A stretch of 64,000 nt of DNA, taken from a virus. Each line of letters begins with the position of its first letter. Positions within the stretch are counted from its first letter, which is position 1. Location of the stretch: the IMG/VR virus record IMGVR_UViG_3300009159_008629, positions 1-64,000 of that record; one strand, given 5' to 3'. Positions 1 through 8,492 of this stretch are shown here, piece by piece. The notes below the pieces were generated by a model. That model had not been told where the DNA came from. It searched no databases and saw only the letters and a program-made list of their open reading frames with translations. Made by a program: the position numbers and the translations under genes.

Positions 1-453
1 CATGTTAAGATTTTCAATTATTTTGATTATATCTGTGTAATAATAATGGTTATCTCTCTTTACTTGTTCTTTTTTAATGTAATAGGAAAATGTTTGTTTG
101 TGATCTGTATTAAAAATAGATGGGAATGTCATGCTTTCAAAAAGAATATATTCTGGTACTGCAAAATAAAGACATCCACCTTTTTTGAGTATTCTTGACC
201 AATTATAAAGACTTATCTCTACATCTTCTAAGTGTTCTAGGCAATGTGACGAATAAACAAAATCATAAGTCTCATTTGCAATACTTTTCATTAGCATTGC
301 ATCGCCATTGTTTAAATCCCAACAATCCACACTACCTTCTTCTACTACTAGTTTGTCATTGCCACAACCAATGTCGATTCCTTTTCCTTTTAAATATAGA
401 TCAAAATGACCTTCTTTTTTTCTTGCTTCTTGACATTTAGATGTTTCTTTCAT
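1..453 (-). CDS. Class I SAM-dependent methyltransferase (partial, runs off left edge)
   Basis: Not in the ORF track. Manual translation from ATG 453 (ATGA overlap with the upstream gene) gives MKETSKCQEARKKEGHFDLYLKGKGIDIGCG...YDFVYSSHCLEHL...WSRILKKGG, with SAM-binding DIGCG and the Methyltransf_11-like 'SH.LEH' and 'RILK.GG' motifs. Confidence 0.8.
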   Translation of the reverse strand, partial: MKETSKCQEARKKEGHFDLYLKGKGIDIGCGNDKLVVEEGSVDCWDLNNGDAMLMKSIANETYDFVYSSHCLEHLEDVEISLYNWSRILKKGGCLYFAVPEYILFESMTFPSIFNTDHKQTFSYYIKKEQVKRDNHYYYTDIIKIIENLNM

Positions 454-1331
454 AGTTTTATTTTCTCAAACACCATCTCTGGCGTTATACCTTTCATGCA
501 GGCGTGTTGTGGTTTTTCGTAGGTCTGATTCGGGGGGTTGTCACATAAACCCAAGGATACTCTGCTCATCTTGGGGTCTTCCTTGAAGCACGGCTGGCAG
601 CTCAGCCCCAATGATATGTTGTCGTTGTGCGGGTATCCGCTTGCGTCCGCTTGCGTTGAACCGAAAAGTATGACCCCTTTGGTTCTTCCTTTGTTTCTCC
701 ACCTTATGTTGGTGGTGTGGTTGAAAACCGAGTCCAATCCAAGATGAAGGTTAGCCCAAGCCTGCGCGGCTAGGTTGTCCTCGAACGGATCGCCGCAAAA
801 ACTACCGTCCGTGTTTTCGATCTGCGGGTCTCCCGGACCCCCTATCTGATACACTTCTACATTCGGGATCTTCTGTTTCATGAGATCTATGAGTTCTTGC
901 CAGCCCCACCAGTCCTTGTACGCGGACCATCCGGTCTTGTTCTGGAAGGTCACATATCTCGGATAGTCCTTGTTTTTTATCTTTTTGGGGAATCTGGGGA
1001 GATCGAGATTCAGATTGTCGAAGCTGAAATCCACCCCCATCTCCTTAGCGAAATACTCGACCAGGTGCTTCCCCATTTTCTTGTTTGGGTAGCCTTCGCC
1101 CAGCGGGTAGCCGATAAGGTTGATGTTCGCGTCGAAGTCCTTCGGGTCATGATCATCCAGACTTTTCATCTCGACTATGTCATTCTTGCTCGCGAAGTTC
1201 CTCAGCAAGTCTAGAAGCCTGGAGTTGCAGAAGTAGGTGACATCGTTTCCCGACCTCAATGGTGGCATCGAGTTGAATGTCATTATTATGTCGCCTATCG
1301 AACCGGGTCTGATTAAAGCTATTTTTGCCAT
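450..1331 (-). CDS. GT9 family (ADP-heptose:LPS heptosyltransferase-like) glycosyltransferase
   Basis: N-terminal RPGSIGDII, GLDSVFNH, ILFGST and a C-terminal CQPC..C..C motif, all typical of WaaF/WaaQ-like GT9. Confidence 0.75.
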   Translation of the reverse strand: MAKIALIRPGSIGDIIMTFNSMPPLRSGNDVTYFCNSRLLDLLRNFASKNDIVEMKSLDDHDPKDFDANINLIGYPLGEGYPNKKMGKHLVEYFAKEMGVDFSFDNLNLDLPRFPKKIKNKDYPRYVTFQNKTGWSAYKDWWGWQELIDLMKQKIPNVEVYQIGGPGDPQIENTDGSFCGDPFEDNLAAQAWANLHLGLDSVFNHTTNIRWRNKGRTKGVILFGSTQADASGYPHNDNISLGLSCQPCFKEDPKMSRVSLGLCDNPPNQTYEKPQHACMKGITPEMVFEKIKL

Positions 1332-1370
1332 GTTGTAATATAGTGATTTTGGTCTTGTCTTTACCTTGTT

Positions 1371-1745
1371 TTAAAGATTTATCTGATTGTCGTCCGGTCC
1401 TATGAGGAGAGCCTTCTCGTACCACTCTTCCGGCAGAACGTTGTACTCCCCTTTGGATAGATCCATGGCTTCTTTCTTTGATATCGTCTGCGACGAGATA
1501 CCGCCTCGGTTTCCGTGGTAAGCCAAGTATTGGTCGCTGTTTGGTATCGGGGCGACGAATTTCGACCCCTGGTTCATGGTGGACCCGGAAACCTTGTCCC
1601 TGTACAGTTCCGGGTTTTTCTCGAAAAGCATATCCACCATCTTGACCGGTATCAAGCCGCCGTCCTTGTAGGGTACTTTTATGTTGATTTCATCGGGAAC
1701 CGTAAACCAAGCCATCTCGTTTCTTAGCCATTTTTTGAATTCCAT
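1371..1745 (-). CDS. Hypothetical protein with N-terminal MEFKKWLRNE motif (candidate head internal protein)
   Basis: 124-aa ORF with ATATATA 4 nt upstream of the ATG. Confidence 0.7.
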   Translation of the reverse strand: MEFKKWLRNEMAWFTVPDEINIKVPYKDGGLIPVKMVDMLFEKNPELYRDKVSGSTMNQGSKFVAPIPNSDQYLAYHGNRGGISSQTISKKEAMDLSKGEYNVLPEEWYEKALLIGPDDNQINL

Positions 1746-1749
1746 GAAT

Positions 1750-1756
1750 TATATAT
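1750..1756 (-). promoter_or_regulatory. Late-promoter-like ATATATA box
   Basis: ATATATA-N4-ATG; resembles the T4 late promoter TATAAATA; recurs across the window. Confidence 0.55.
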
Positions 1757-1851
1757 TTGCCGAAACTGAATTTTTCGGATGAATTTTTCCCGCTTGCTTG
1801 TATCGCTTCTGTTTTTTCGATGTCGTGCTGGTTATATATTTAGAGGTAAAA

Positions 1852-2229
1852 ATGCCATTAGTCCAATGGATCATGCAGAACCTGAACAAAATAGTCCTCA
1901 AACAAGAGGGTTCGGGCAAGGTCGTGCTTTATGGCGACGAGACAACTACATCCCAAACGGATTTTTACAGCAATTCAAAATTGGTCAAGTTCAGCATAGG
2001 GGCGAAGGGATACGATGTTTCCGGCAGGGTTTGGGTCATAACCGGGATAAGCGTAAACTCCGACAGCGAGACGGTTTACAAGGCTAAAAAAGGCAACCTG
2101 ACGAAGTTCTTCAATGATTCGGAGATATTCGTCAACCAAAAGAAGAAAGCTTTCGTTTTCCCGAATTTGGACGCCATTCCCCTTGAGAACCTACCGATAT
2201 ACCAGCCAAAACGAATAACCAGGAACTGA
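1852..2229 (+). CDS. Hypothetical protein
   Basis: GAGG RBS before ATG 1852 and TATATA upstream; start moved downstream from the ORF-track 1798. Confidence 0.65.
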   Translation: MPLVQWIMQNLNKIVLKQEGSGKVVLYGDETTTSQTDFYSNSKLVKFSIGAKGYDVSGRVWVITGISVNSDSETVYKAKKGNLTKFFNDSEIFVNQKKKAFVFPNLDAIPLENLPIYQPKRITRN

Positions 2230-2231
2230 AC

Positions 2232-2633
2232 ATGTACAGCTACATCCCAGAAGGGAAAATATTCGTTCGCGGTCAGGCAAGGTCGGTTAGCGACCGTTAT
2301 TCCTGTGTTCCGGAAGGTGGCTTGGAGTCATTCGGCTGCTCCAGGGTCGAGAGGAGAATATCAGTCTCTTACAGGTGGGGAGAAAGATCGATCGTCTATC
2401 TGAAATACAAAGCCATGAGGGGATGCATCGAAAAGGTCGCGATAAAGAGGGTGGTCATGAACAATAAGTATGGGGGTTACATACCGGTATACTGCGACAC
2501 CCTGAACTCCATATACAACGAAAACGAACTGATTACCGAAACCGAAGCCAGGCAATTGGTTCAGGCGTACATAGACAGAAAGAGGTCTGAGATCGCCCAA
2601 GCTGAGAGAAATTGCGAAGCCAACTCTATTTGA
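2232..2633 (+). CDS. Hypothetical protein
   Basis: 133-aa ORF starting 2 nt after the previous gene; AGGA RBS. Confidence 0.65.
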   Translation: MYSYIPEGKIFVRGQARSVSDRYSCVPEGGLESFGCSRVERRISVSYRWGERSIVYLKYKAMRGCIEKVAIKRVVMNNKYGGYIPVYCDTLNSIYNENELITETEARQLVQAYIDRKRSEIAQAERNCEANSI

Positions 2634-3201
2634 TTTTTCCGCGCATGAGCTTTACGACTTGCATCGCGTCGTCGACCGCGCAGTGGATTCCCGATAGTTC
2701 CGAAGTGTAGTTCGACCTCTCCGTGCAAACTTTGAGGTCGGGAAGGCAATAGTCGCCATTCCTGAAGTAGAGTATCGCCGGGTCCAAGAACCTTTTCCTG
2801 AATATTATGTTGTTCCAGTTCTCTTTCGGTATCTTCGCCACCATGAACTGGTAGTCGAAAACCCCAAAGTTCTTCCCGGCGACATTGAGGACTATCTGCC
2901 CGTACTTGTTCGGCTCGACGCCGTTGTCCTGGAGGAAGTTCCCGAAGGAATACATCAGATCCTCTATGAACATGCATTCGTCAGGCTGTTCCGAGAGCTT
3001 CTTGAATATCCTGTGGTGCATGGACGCTGCTCTTGGCTCGCACGCCAGCGGTCCGTTCTTCTTGATGAACTTGTGGAATACGGGTAGTTTGTCGAACGGG
3101 GTTTCCGATTCCGTCCTGTCTATGACGGCTGCGAACTCGATTATGTCGTGGACCAGGGGGTCGGTCCCTGTTGTCTCTATGTCTATTGAAACGTACTGCA
3201 T
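2626..3201 (-). CDS. DEDDh 3'-5' exonuclease (oligoribonuclease/DnaQ-like); C-terminal part of the 574-aa ORF or a separate gene
   Basis: IDIETTG (ExoI), GKNFGVFD (ExoII), HCAVDDA (ExoIII); has its own ATG at 3201. Confidence 0.8.
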   Translation of the reverse strand: MQYVSIDIETTGTDPLVHDIIEFAAVIDRTESETPFDKLPVFHKFIKKNGPLACEPRAASMHHRIFKKLSEQPDECMFIEDLMYSFGNFLQDNGVEPNKYGQIVLNVAGKNFGVFDYQFMVAKIPKENWNNIIFRKRFLDPAILYFRNGDYCLPDLKVCTERSNYTSELSGIHCAVDDAMQVVKLMRGKIK

Positions 3202-3263
3202 TGCATCGCTTTCTGTTTGGTCGCTTCCTTGGGAACATGATCGTATCATGATTGCGGGAAAAT

Positions 3264-4350
3264 TTAAAGGTAACTTGGAACAAAACTTGAGACTGCCCCA
3301 GACCACGCTTCCCTTAGCCCTGCTGGCTGCGGTGTAGTTCCATTTGTTGTTGTCCCACTCCGAACATCTCTGCTCGTACACTATGACCGAATCGAATTCG
3401 TCTCCCTGCGACTTATGGCAGGTTATGCAGTACGCGTAGTCGAAAGGGTGCGCGTCCTGGCTGAAATCGAATTCGTTTTTTTCCTTGCCCCATTGCTTGT
3501 CGTCGAACATGATGTTGTAGTAGTGGATGCCGCGCGAGACGAAGTCGAACCTCTTGCCGCACTTATTCACTTTTGTCACCACCCCCTGCATACCGTTGAA
3601 CAGACCGGCGTCCTTCTTGTTACGGAGGCAAATCACCTTTTCGTCCACGGAAACATAGGTGCATTCGATGTTCTTGAAGGCTCTGACCCGCTCGTTGACC
3701 CTCGTCCTCGTCTTGTTGAAGGCGCATATGACCTGGCTGACCTGGGCAAGGTGCTTGTCCTTGATCGCCGATTCCTTTACGACCTGGACTTTATCGCTTC
3801 CCTTGAAAGCCGTGGCTGGAAGACCCTTGCGCAGATGTTCCGCGAAATGGGCTATCTCCCCGGCGTTGCGGTGCACGGTCTCAAGCCTGTAGTCCGGATC
3901 GCCCATCAGGTTGAACTTGCCGCCTATCGGCTCGAGCTGACCATGGTCGCCGACATACAGTATTGGAACCCCGAAACTTAAAAGGTCGCGGTGTATGTCA
4001 TCTCCGACCATCGAAGCCTCGTCCACGATGAATCCATCGAGGTCGGGAATGTCTATCTTGGATTTCGTAACCCAGGAAACCTTGTTCGTCTCCTGGTCGG
4101 TGATTGGCTGGTATATCGTGCTGTGTATCGTGGACGCGGATATGCCCTTGCTCCTCAGCACGTTCGTGGCTTTGCCTGTGTAGGCGCACACGAGGAATTT
4201 CTTGCCCTTGCGCTTCAGAGCCTCGTGGATCGTCGACACGCACGTCGTTTTCCCGGTGCCAGCGTATCCGCCCATTGTTATGTGGCTGGAGTCGCCGATC
4301 CGCTTGAGTATCGACCGTATGGTGTCTTTCTGGTTTTCTGTTAATTGCAT
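3264..4350 (-). CDS. SF1 Dda/RecD-like DNA helicase (reads in frame into the exonuclease in this assembly)
   Basis: GYAGTGKT, DEASM, GDHGQL, TCHKSQG and YTAASRA helicase motifs. The end coordinate is the alternative stop obtained if one G is removed from the run at 3296-3299. Confidence 0.85.
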
Positions 4351-4357
4351 TTTTCTC

Positions 4358-4573
4358 TCAATGGACTACGCTTGATATGACTAGTGCGATCGCCAGAAGC
4401 AGCGCCGCCACCACTATCCCTACCGAAACGTTGCCGCTCGAAAGTTCTTTTGATATGTCCAGTTTCGGAGTGAGGAGATCGAACGCGAAATATCCCGTTA
4501 TGAACAGGATTATCCCTATCAGCCCAAACATCAACGACCCGATTGCTCCGACGACAAAATTCTCTGGAACCAT
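4358..4573 (-). CDS. DUF350-like small membrane protein
   Basis: Two hydrophobic helices flanking FDLLTPKLDISKEL..GNVSVGIV. Confidence 0.7.
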   Translation of the reverse strand: MVPENFVVGAIGSLMFGLIGIILFITGYFAFDLLTPKLDISKELSSGNVSVGIVVAALLLAIALVISSVVH

Positions 4574-4595
4574 GGTTTTCTCCTTTTTGGTGTTT

Positions 4596-4946
4596 CTACG
4601 CGTATTTCATGCCAGGCTTTTCATTGAATTCGATTATTTCAAAACCCAGAACCTGATCCGGGTTGTCCCTGAAGATCCTCGGGAACCCAAGGACTTCTAT
4701 CTTCCATCTTTTGGAGTTGATGAAGGATATCTGATCATCGTTGAGAAGCACCGCCCCGTGAACCCAAGTCTTCGGTATGTTCCTTTTGGCGAAACGCTTC
4801 GCGGTATCAGCCTCGTCGAAGCACAGCACCGTCACGGATCCGTCCCTGTCCTTGTGTACCGCTATGGGAATCCAAAGGTGCTCGCGGCAGTCATTCTTCA
4901 GGTCGTCCAGTTTTATTTCGCCGTCACTGAATATTACCGCGAACAT
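4596..4946 (-). CDS. Hypothetical protein
   Basis: 116-aa ORF abutting the upstream gene. Confidence 0.65.
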   Translation of the reverse strand: MFAVIFSDGEIKLDDLKNDCREHLWIPIAVHKDRDGSVTVLCFDEADTAKRFAKRNIPKTWVHGAVLLNDDQISFINSKRWKIEVLGFPRIFRDNPDQVLGFEIIEFNEKPGMKYA

Positions 4947-5222
4947 CTAGTGACCTTGCTTTCCTATGGTGGATTTTTCGTCGAAGTGTTTGCATCCTTG
5001 GTGTTCAAAGGTCAGCAGTCCAGACCTTTCGCTCTTTTCGTTCGCGCACACGCCCCAGTCCATTCCTATCTCCCCTCCCAAAGGCAGATAGAAGCAGCAG
5101 CCGGAAGAGCAGTCTCTCCACTCCGACTTGTCTGTTTCCCCGAACGGCTCGAAATCGCTTGGGTCGCGCCTGACGATCTCAAGCAAATGGGAATGAATGA
5201 AGTTGGTGTCGTGGTCTTTCAT
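4947..5222 (-). CDS. DUF3027-like Cys-rich protein
   Basis: CSSGCCFYLPL.G...DWGVCANE.S..SG...FEHQGC pattern. Confidence 0.55.
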   Translation of the reverse strand: MKDHDTNFIHSHLLEIVRRDPSDFEPFGETDKSEWRDCSSGCCFYLPLGGEIGMDWGVCANEKSERSGLLTFEHQGCKHFDEKSTIGKQGH

Positions 5223-5231
5223 GGTTCGAGC

Positions 5232-5260
5232 ATCATAGTGACATGTTATTTTTAAATCAA
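5232..5260 (-). promoter_or_regulatory. Sigma70-like promoter
   Basis: TTGATT-17nt-TATGAT, 9 nt before ATG 5222. Confidence 0.55.
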
Positions 5261-5301
5261 CTGCAAAATCGGATAATGGATTTTAACTGATTTCGCAGTT
5301 G
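5258..5301. terminator. Imperfect hairpin downstream of the CxxCH gene
   Basis: CAACTGCAAAATCGG ... CTGATTTCGCAGTTG inverted repeat. Confidence 0.4.
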
Positions 5302-5310
5302 GAATTCAGC

Positions 5311-6360
5311 CTACTCTTCGTAATTGACGATCCCGTTGCTGATGAAATCCTTGCGTATCTCGGCGCCTTGGTAGATGCCGCGATGCGATATGCATGATGG
5401 TTCGAACGGATGGAAGCTGAATATTCCGTCGCTTCCCCTCACCCGACCATACCAATCCCGCCTAAAGTCGAATTCGTTGGCGTGCTTCAGAACCGATTCG
5501 TGGCAGCGAACGCATGACTTGCTGTTCAGCGCTATGGTTGCCGCGGAATAGTTCTTTGGCACTATGTGGAAGTCGGCGTCGGTTGTCGGGGCGAAAGACT
5601 CCTTGTGCCATTCCTCGCCAATAACATTGACGAAATCCAAGGAGAGAGCCTTCTTGACCAACGACTCCGGTATCGACTTCAGGTTCGTCGCCACAGCCTC
5701 GCCCTTGAAGATAAGGTGGGATTGGGATATCTCCTTTTCCTCGTGCTCGAGGGAGACCCCGTTCTGCGAGCAGAATTGGGAGAACTCCCTCAGATTGCCG
5801 AAAGGCTTGTATATGGCGACCTTCCAGTCGCCGTTAGGTCCTTTCCTTCTGGTCCTGACCTCGAATGTGTAGCTGGTTTCCTTGTGGTATATCTGCAAGA
5901 CCTCTCCGACCACCGTGTCCGTCGGGAAAGTCCAGACGAAGGATTTAATCCTGTCGCCCTCAAGGTATTTCCTCTTCACCTCTATCCTCTTGTCCTTCGG
6001 CAAAAGCAAGAACTTGAAGGAGTTGATGTTTTTCCCTGCAACCATCTCGGTGCCGGCTGGCGAACCCCAGGGGAATTCGACGTTTGGATTGCCGAACCTC
6101 TCGCGAGGCTTGTCTGCCGAAATGTTGTACGACGGGCTGTGTATCCCAGGAAGAGCCCCGACCCAGTCCTGGTACGCCTGCGGAATCTCCTTTTCCGTGT
6201 ATATTATCAACCTCTTGTTGTTCCTTATGGAGTTAAGGACAAGATCCTTGCTGTTCGGTATGTGCGACGCGAGTATGTCGTGCCTTTCCTCCGAAATCAT
6301 CCTGTATGGGTCTTGGCTGACAGCCATGAAAGAGATCAAACCCAAAATGAACGCATGCAT
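5311..6360 (-). CDS. Secreted protein with one CxxCH heme-c motif (cytochrome c-like)
   Basis: AGGAGG RBS before ATG 6360; signal-peptide-like MHAFILGLISFMAVSQ; WTFPTDTVVGEVL..FEVRTR; SCVRCH. Confidence 0.6.
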   Translation of the reverse strand: MHAFILGLISFMAVSQDPYRMISEERHDILASHIPNSKDLVLNSIRNNKRLIIYTEKEIPQAYQDWVGALPGIHSPSYNISADKPRERFGNPNVEFPWGSPAGTEMVAGKNINSFKFLLLPKDKRIEVKRKYLEGDRIKSFVWTFPTDTVVGEVLQIYHKETSYTFEVRTRRKGPNGDWKVAIYKPFGNLREFSQFCSQNGVSLEHEEKEISQSHLIFKGEAVATNLKSIPESLVKKALSLDFVNVIGEEWHKESFAPTTDADFHIVPKNYSAATIALNSKSCVRCHESVLKHANEFDFRRDWYGRVRGSDGIFSFHPFEPSCISHRGIYQGAEIRKDFISNGIVNYEE

Positions 6361-6427
6361 GATGCACCTCCTTGTTTCCATGTCACGATATGTGACAATC
6401 GAAGGCGTAGTATAACAATGAGGATAT

Positions 6428-6455
6428 AATAAACAATACGAAAATATTGTTTATT
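6428..6455. terminator. AT-rich hairpin
   Basis: AATAAACAATA-CGAAAA-TATTGTTTATT downstream of the 6479 gene. Confidence 0.4.
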
Positions 6456-6478
6456 TCAACTTGGGTAATATAAGAAGT

Positions 6479-6736
6479 TTAGGATGTCTTTTTTTCCATC
6501 CATTCTTTGAACGCCAGCTTCTGAAACGTGTTGAGCTGCCTTTCTGGATTAAGCAGTATTTTGTCGATTTCTCGCTCGCCATCGGCGCTGGTGATCCTTT
6601 TCCAGGCTTTGTCTCTGGTGCTTCTTGAGTATTTCGCAAAGGATTTCTTCAGGTTGGAGGCTATGTCGAGGATAGCCTTCTGGAGGTTGGTGTCAACCTT
6701 CTTCGATTCCGGCTTCTTCGCCTGCTCTTTAGCCAT
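6479..6736 (-). CDS. Small basic hypothetical protein ending LAFKEWMEKKTS
   Basis: 85 aa; overlaps the upstream gene; GAGG RBS. Confidence 0.65.
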   Translation of the reverse strand: MAKEQAKKPESKKVDTNLQKAILDIASNLKKSFAKYSRSTRDKAWKRITSADGEREIDKILLNPERQLNTFQKLAFKEWMEKKTS

Positions 6737-6998
6737 TTTTGCCCCTTTGTCCGGATTCTCGACTAGCGAGGAATTCGGCGAACGATTCCGATTTCATTTT
6801 GCGTTTTTTTATGTTGTTGGGTTTTTCGCCTTTCCTTATAGCTTTGTTTTCCTTCGGCGTATTCTGGTCGCTGCAAGCTCCCTGCGGTATGAAGTCGGCG
6901 TGCGGTCCGCAGCCGCCGATGTATGGACCGAAGCTAGCCATCTCCATTTGGTCAATTCTTGTCGGATTCGGAGTTGTTTTCGCGGCATTTCTGTTCAT
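6729..6998 (-). CDS. Hypothetical protein (C-terminal ESFAEFLASRE motif)
   Basis: Start reassigned to ATG 6998, which has ATATATA exactly 4 nt upstream. Confidence 0.6.
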   Translation of the reverse strand: MNRNAAKTTPNPTRIDQMEMASFGPYIGGCGPHADFIPQGACSDQNTPKENKAIRKGEKPNNIKKRKMKSESFAEFLASRESGQRGKNG

Positions 6999-7100
6999 GA
7001 TGTATATATGTTTTTGCCTTGGTTTTATTTCTGTGGTCCAAAACAAACCATTGGATCGATATATATATTAGTTCATTGGCGCAACTAGGAATCCGTTCAC

Positions 7101-7382
7101 ATGAAAACATTCTCAAGCTACATAGAAACCAGATTGGACGAAGCGGACGCACCTTCCGGCGGAGCACCTCCCGGCGGAGCACCTCCTATGGGAGCGCCGC
7201 CTATGGGCGGAGGAGCGCCGCCTATGGGAGCGCCGCCTATGGGCGGAGGAGCGCCACCCATGGGCGGAGGGGCTGGCGGCGGCGCCGTAGCGCCGACAAA
7301 ACCAGCCAAGAAGATAAAATCCCACAGCTTGTGGTCAGCCTGGAAGAAAATATTCAAGGACAAGGACGAGAAGAAAAAATAG
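7101..7382 (+). CDS. Gly/Pro/Met-rich low-complexity protein with N-terminal MKTFSSYIE motif
   Basis: AGGA RBS; ATATATA at 7059-7067; GAPPM repeats; basic C-terminus. Confidence 0.7.
   Translation: MKTFSSYIETRLDEADAPSGGAPPGGAPPMGAPPMGGGAPPMGAPPMGGGAPPMGGGAGGGAVAPTKPAKKIKSHSLWSAWKKIFKDKDEKKK
7152..7270 (+). repeat. Coding tandem repeat (GGAGCGCCGCCTATG[GGCGGA] units)
   Basis: About six GAPP(M/G) units visible in both DNA and protein. Confidence 0.85.
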
Positions 7383-7385
7383 CCG

Positions 7386-7414
7386 TTGATTTGTCTTCCA
7401 TTATGGTGTATCTT
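7386..7414 (+). promoter_or_regulatory. Sigma70-like promoter for the gp47 operon
   Basis: TTGATT-17nt-TATCTT. Confidence 0.5.
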
Positions 7415-7433
7415 GCACCTTTTGGAGACAGAC

Positions 7434-8492
7434 ATGGGCAAGGTTCTTCTTTTCTCCGACATTCACATACACCCGCACAAGAGACGACAGGACAGGCTCG
7501 AGGATTGCCTGTCCGTCCTCGATTGGGTGTTCTCCGTCGCCAAGGACAAGGGCGTCAAAAGCGTCCTTTTCGGGGGAGACCTGTTCCACGACCGCCAGAA
7601 GATAGACGTCTACACCTACCAGAGAACCTTCGAGATATTTTCCAAGTGGTTGCCCAACAACGACTTCAAGGTGTATCTCGTCCTCGGAAACCACGACCTT
7701 TGGTTCAACGAACAGACATCGATAAGCAGCGTAATGCCTTTCTCCTCGATTCCCAACATAGTGATCGTCGACAAGCCTACCAGAATGAAGGTCGAAGGCG
7801 ACTACTGGGATTTCATCCCTTTCACCCATGATCCCATCAAGGCTATGGATATCCTCTCGGAGCAAGAGGGCGAGTTCCAGTATTGCCTGGGGCATCTTGC
7901 CGTGGATGGGGCTGTGCTGCACGGGAGCTCGATATCCGACGTATCGATAGAACACGATGGCGAGATGGTCAAGGTCAGCCCCGGGATGTTCAAAAATTAC
8001 AAGAAGGTTTTCCTTGGTCACTACCACGCGCACCAGAGGCTCGAGCCAAACGTGGAATACATAGGATCGCCGCTCCAACTGTCTTTCGGGGAAGCCTTCC
8101 AGCAGAAGCACATAATAGAGTTCGACGGCAAAACACAGAGTGAGGACTACATTATAAATGAGTTCTCGCCGAGGCATCTGGTGATAAGCCCGAGCGAGGT
8201 CGACAAGCATGACCTGAACAAGAACTTCGTCAGGATAGTCGTGGACGACCTTTCTGCGACCGACCTCATAGACATGAGGAAGGATATCTCCAAGGACAAG
8301 GCGATTGGGTCCTTGGAGATAAGGCAGCAGAAGAAGCGGATAGACAAGACCGTCATAGATGAGGCGAAATCAATCATGCTGAGGGAAGACGACATGATCC
8401 AGCAATATGTGGATCTTGTCGGCGCGAATGGTCTGGACAAGGACAGGCTCATAGAGGTCGGCAAGATGATATGCCAGAAGGAGCTAGATTGA
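7434..8492 (+). CDS. Mre11/SbcD-like recombination nuclease (T4 gp47-like)
   Basis: Metallophosphoesterase motifs SDIH, GDLFH, GNHD, GHL and LGHYH, plus YIGSPLQLSFGE; GGAG RBS before ATG 7434. Confidence 0.9.
   Translation: MGKVLLFSDIHIHPHKRRQDRLEDCLSVLDWVFSVAKDKGVKSVLFGGDLFHDRQKIDVYTYQRTFEIFSKWLPNNDFKVYLVLGNHDLWFNEQTSISSVMPFSSIPNIVIVDKPTRMKVEGDYWDFIPFTHDPIKAMDILSEQEGEFQYCLGHLAVDGAVLHGSSISDVSIEHDGEMVKVSPGMFKNYKKVFLGHYHAHQRLEPNVEYIGSPLQLSFGEAFQQKHIIEFDGKTQSEDYIINEFSPRHLVISPSEVDKHDLNKNFVRIVVDDLSATDLIDMRKDISKDKAIGSLEIRQQKKRIDKTVIDEAKSIMLREDDMIQQYVDLVGANGLDKDRLIEVGKMICQKELD

Noticed and set aside
7152-7270. Possible CRISPR-like repeat array
   Set aside because: Units are contiguous in-frame coding repeats with no unique spacers, and there are no cas genes.
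7019-7831. 270-aa Arg-rich + strand ORF
   Set aside because: Alternative frame across two better-supported genes; no motifs.
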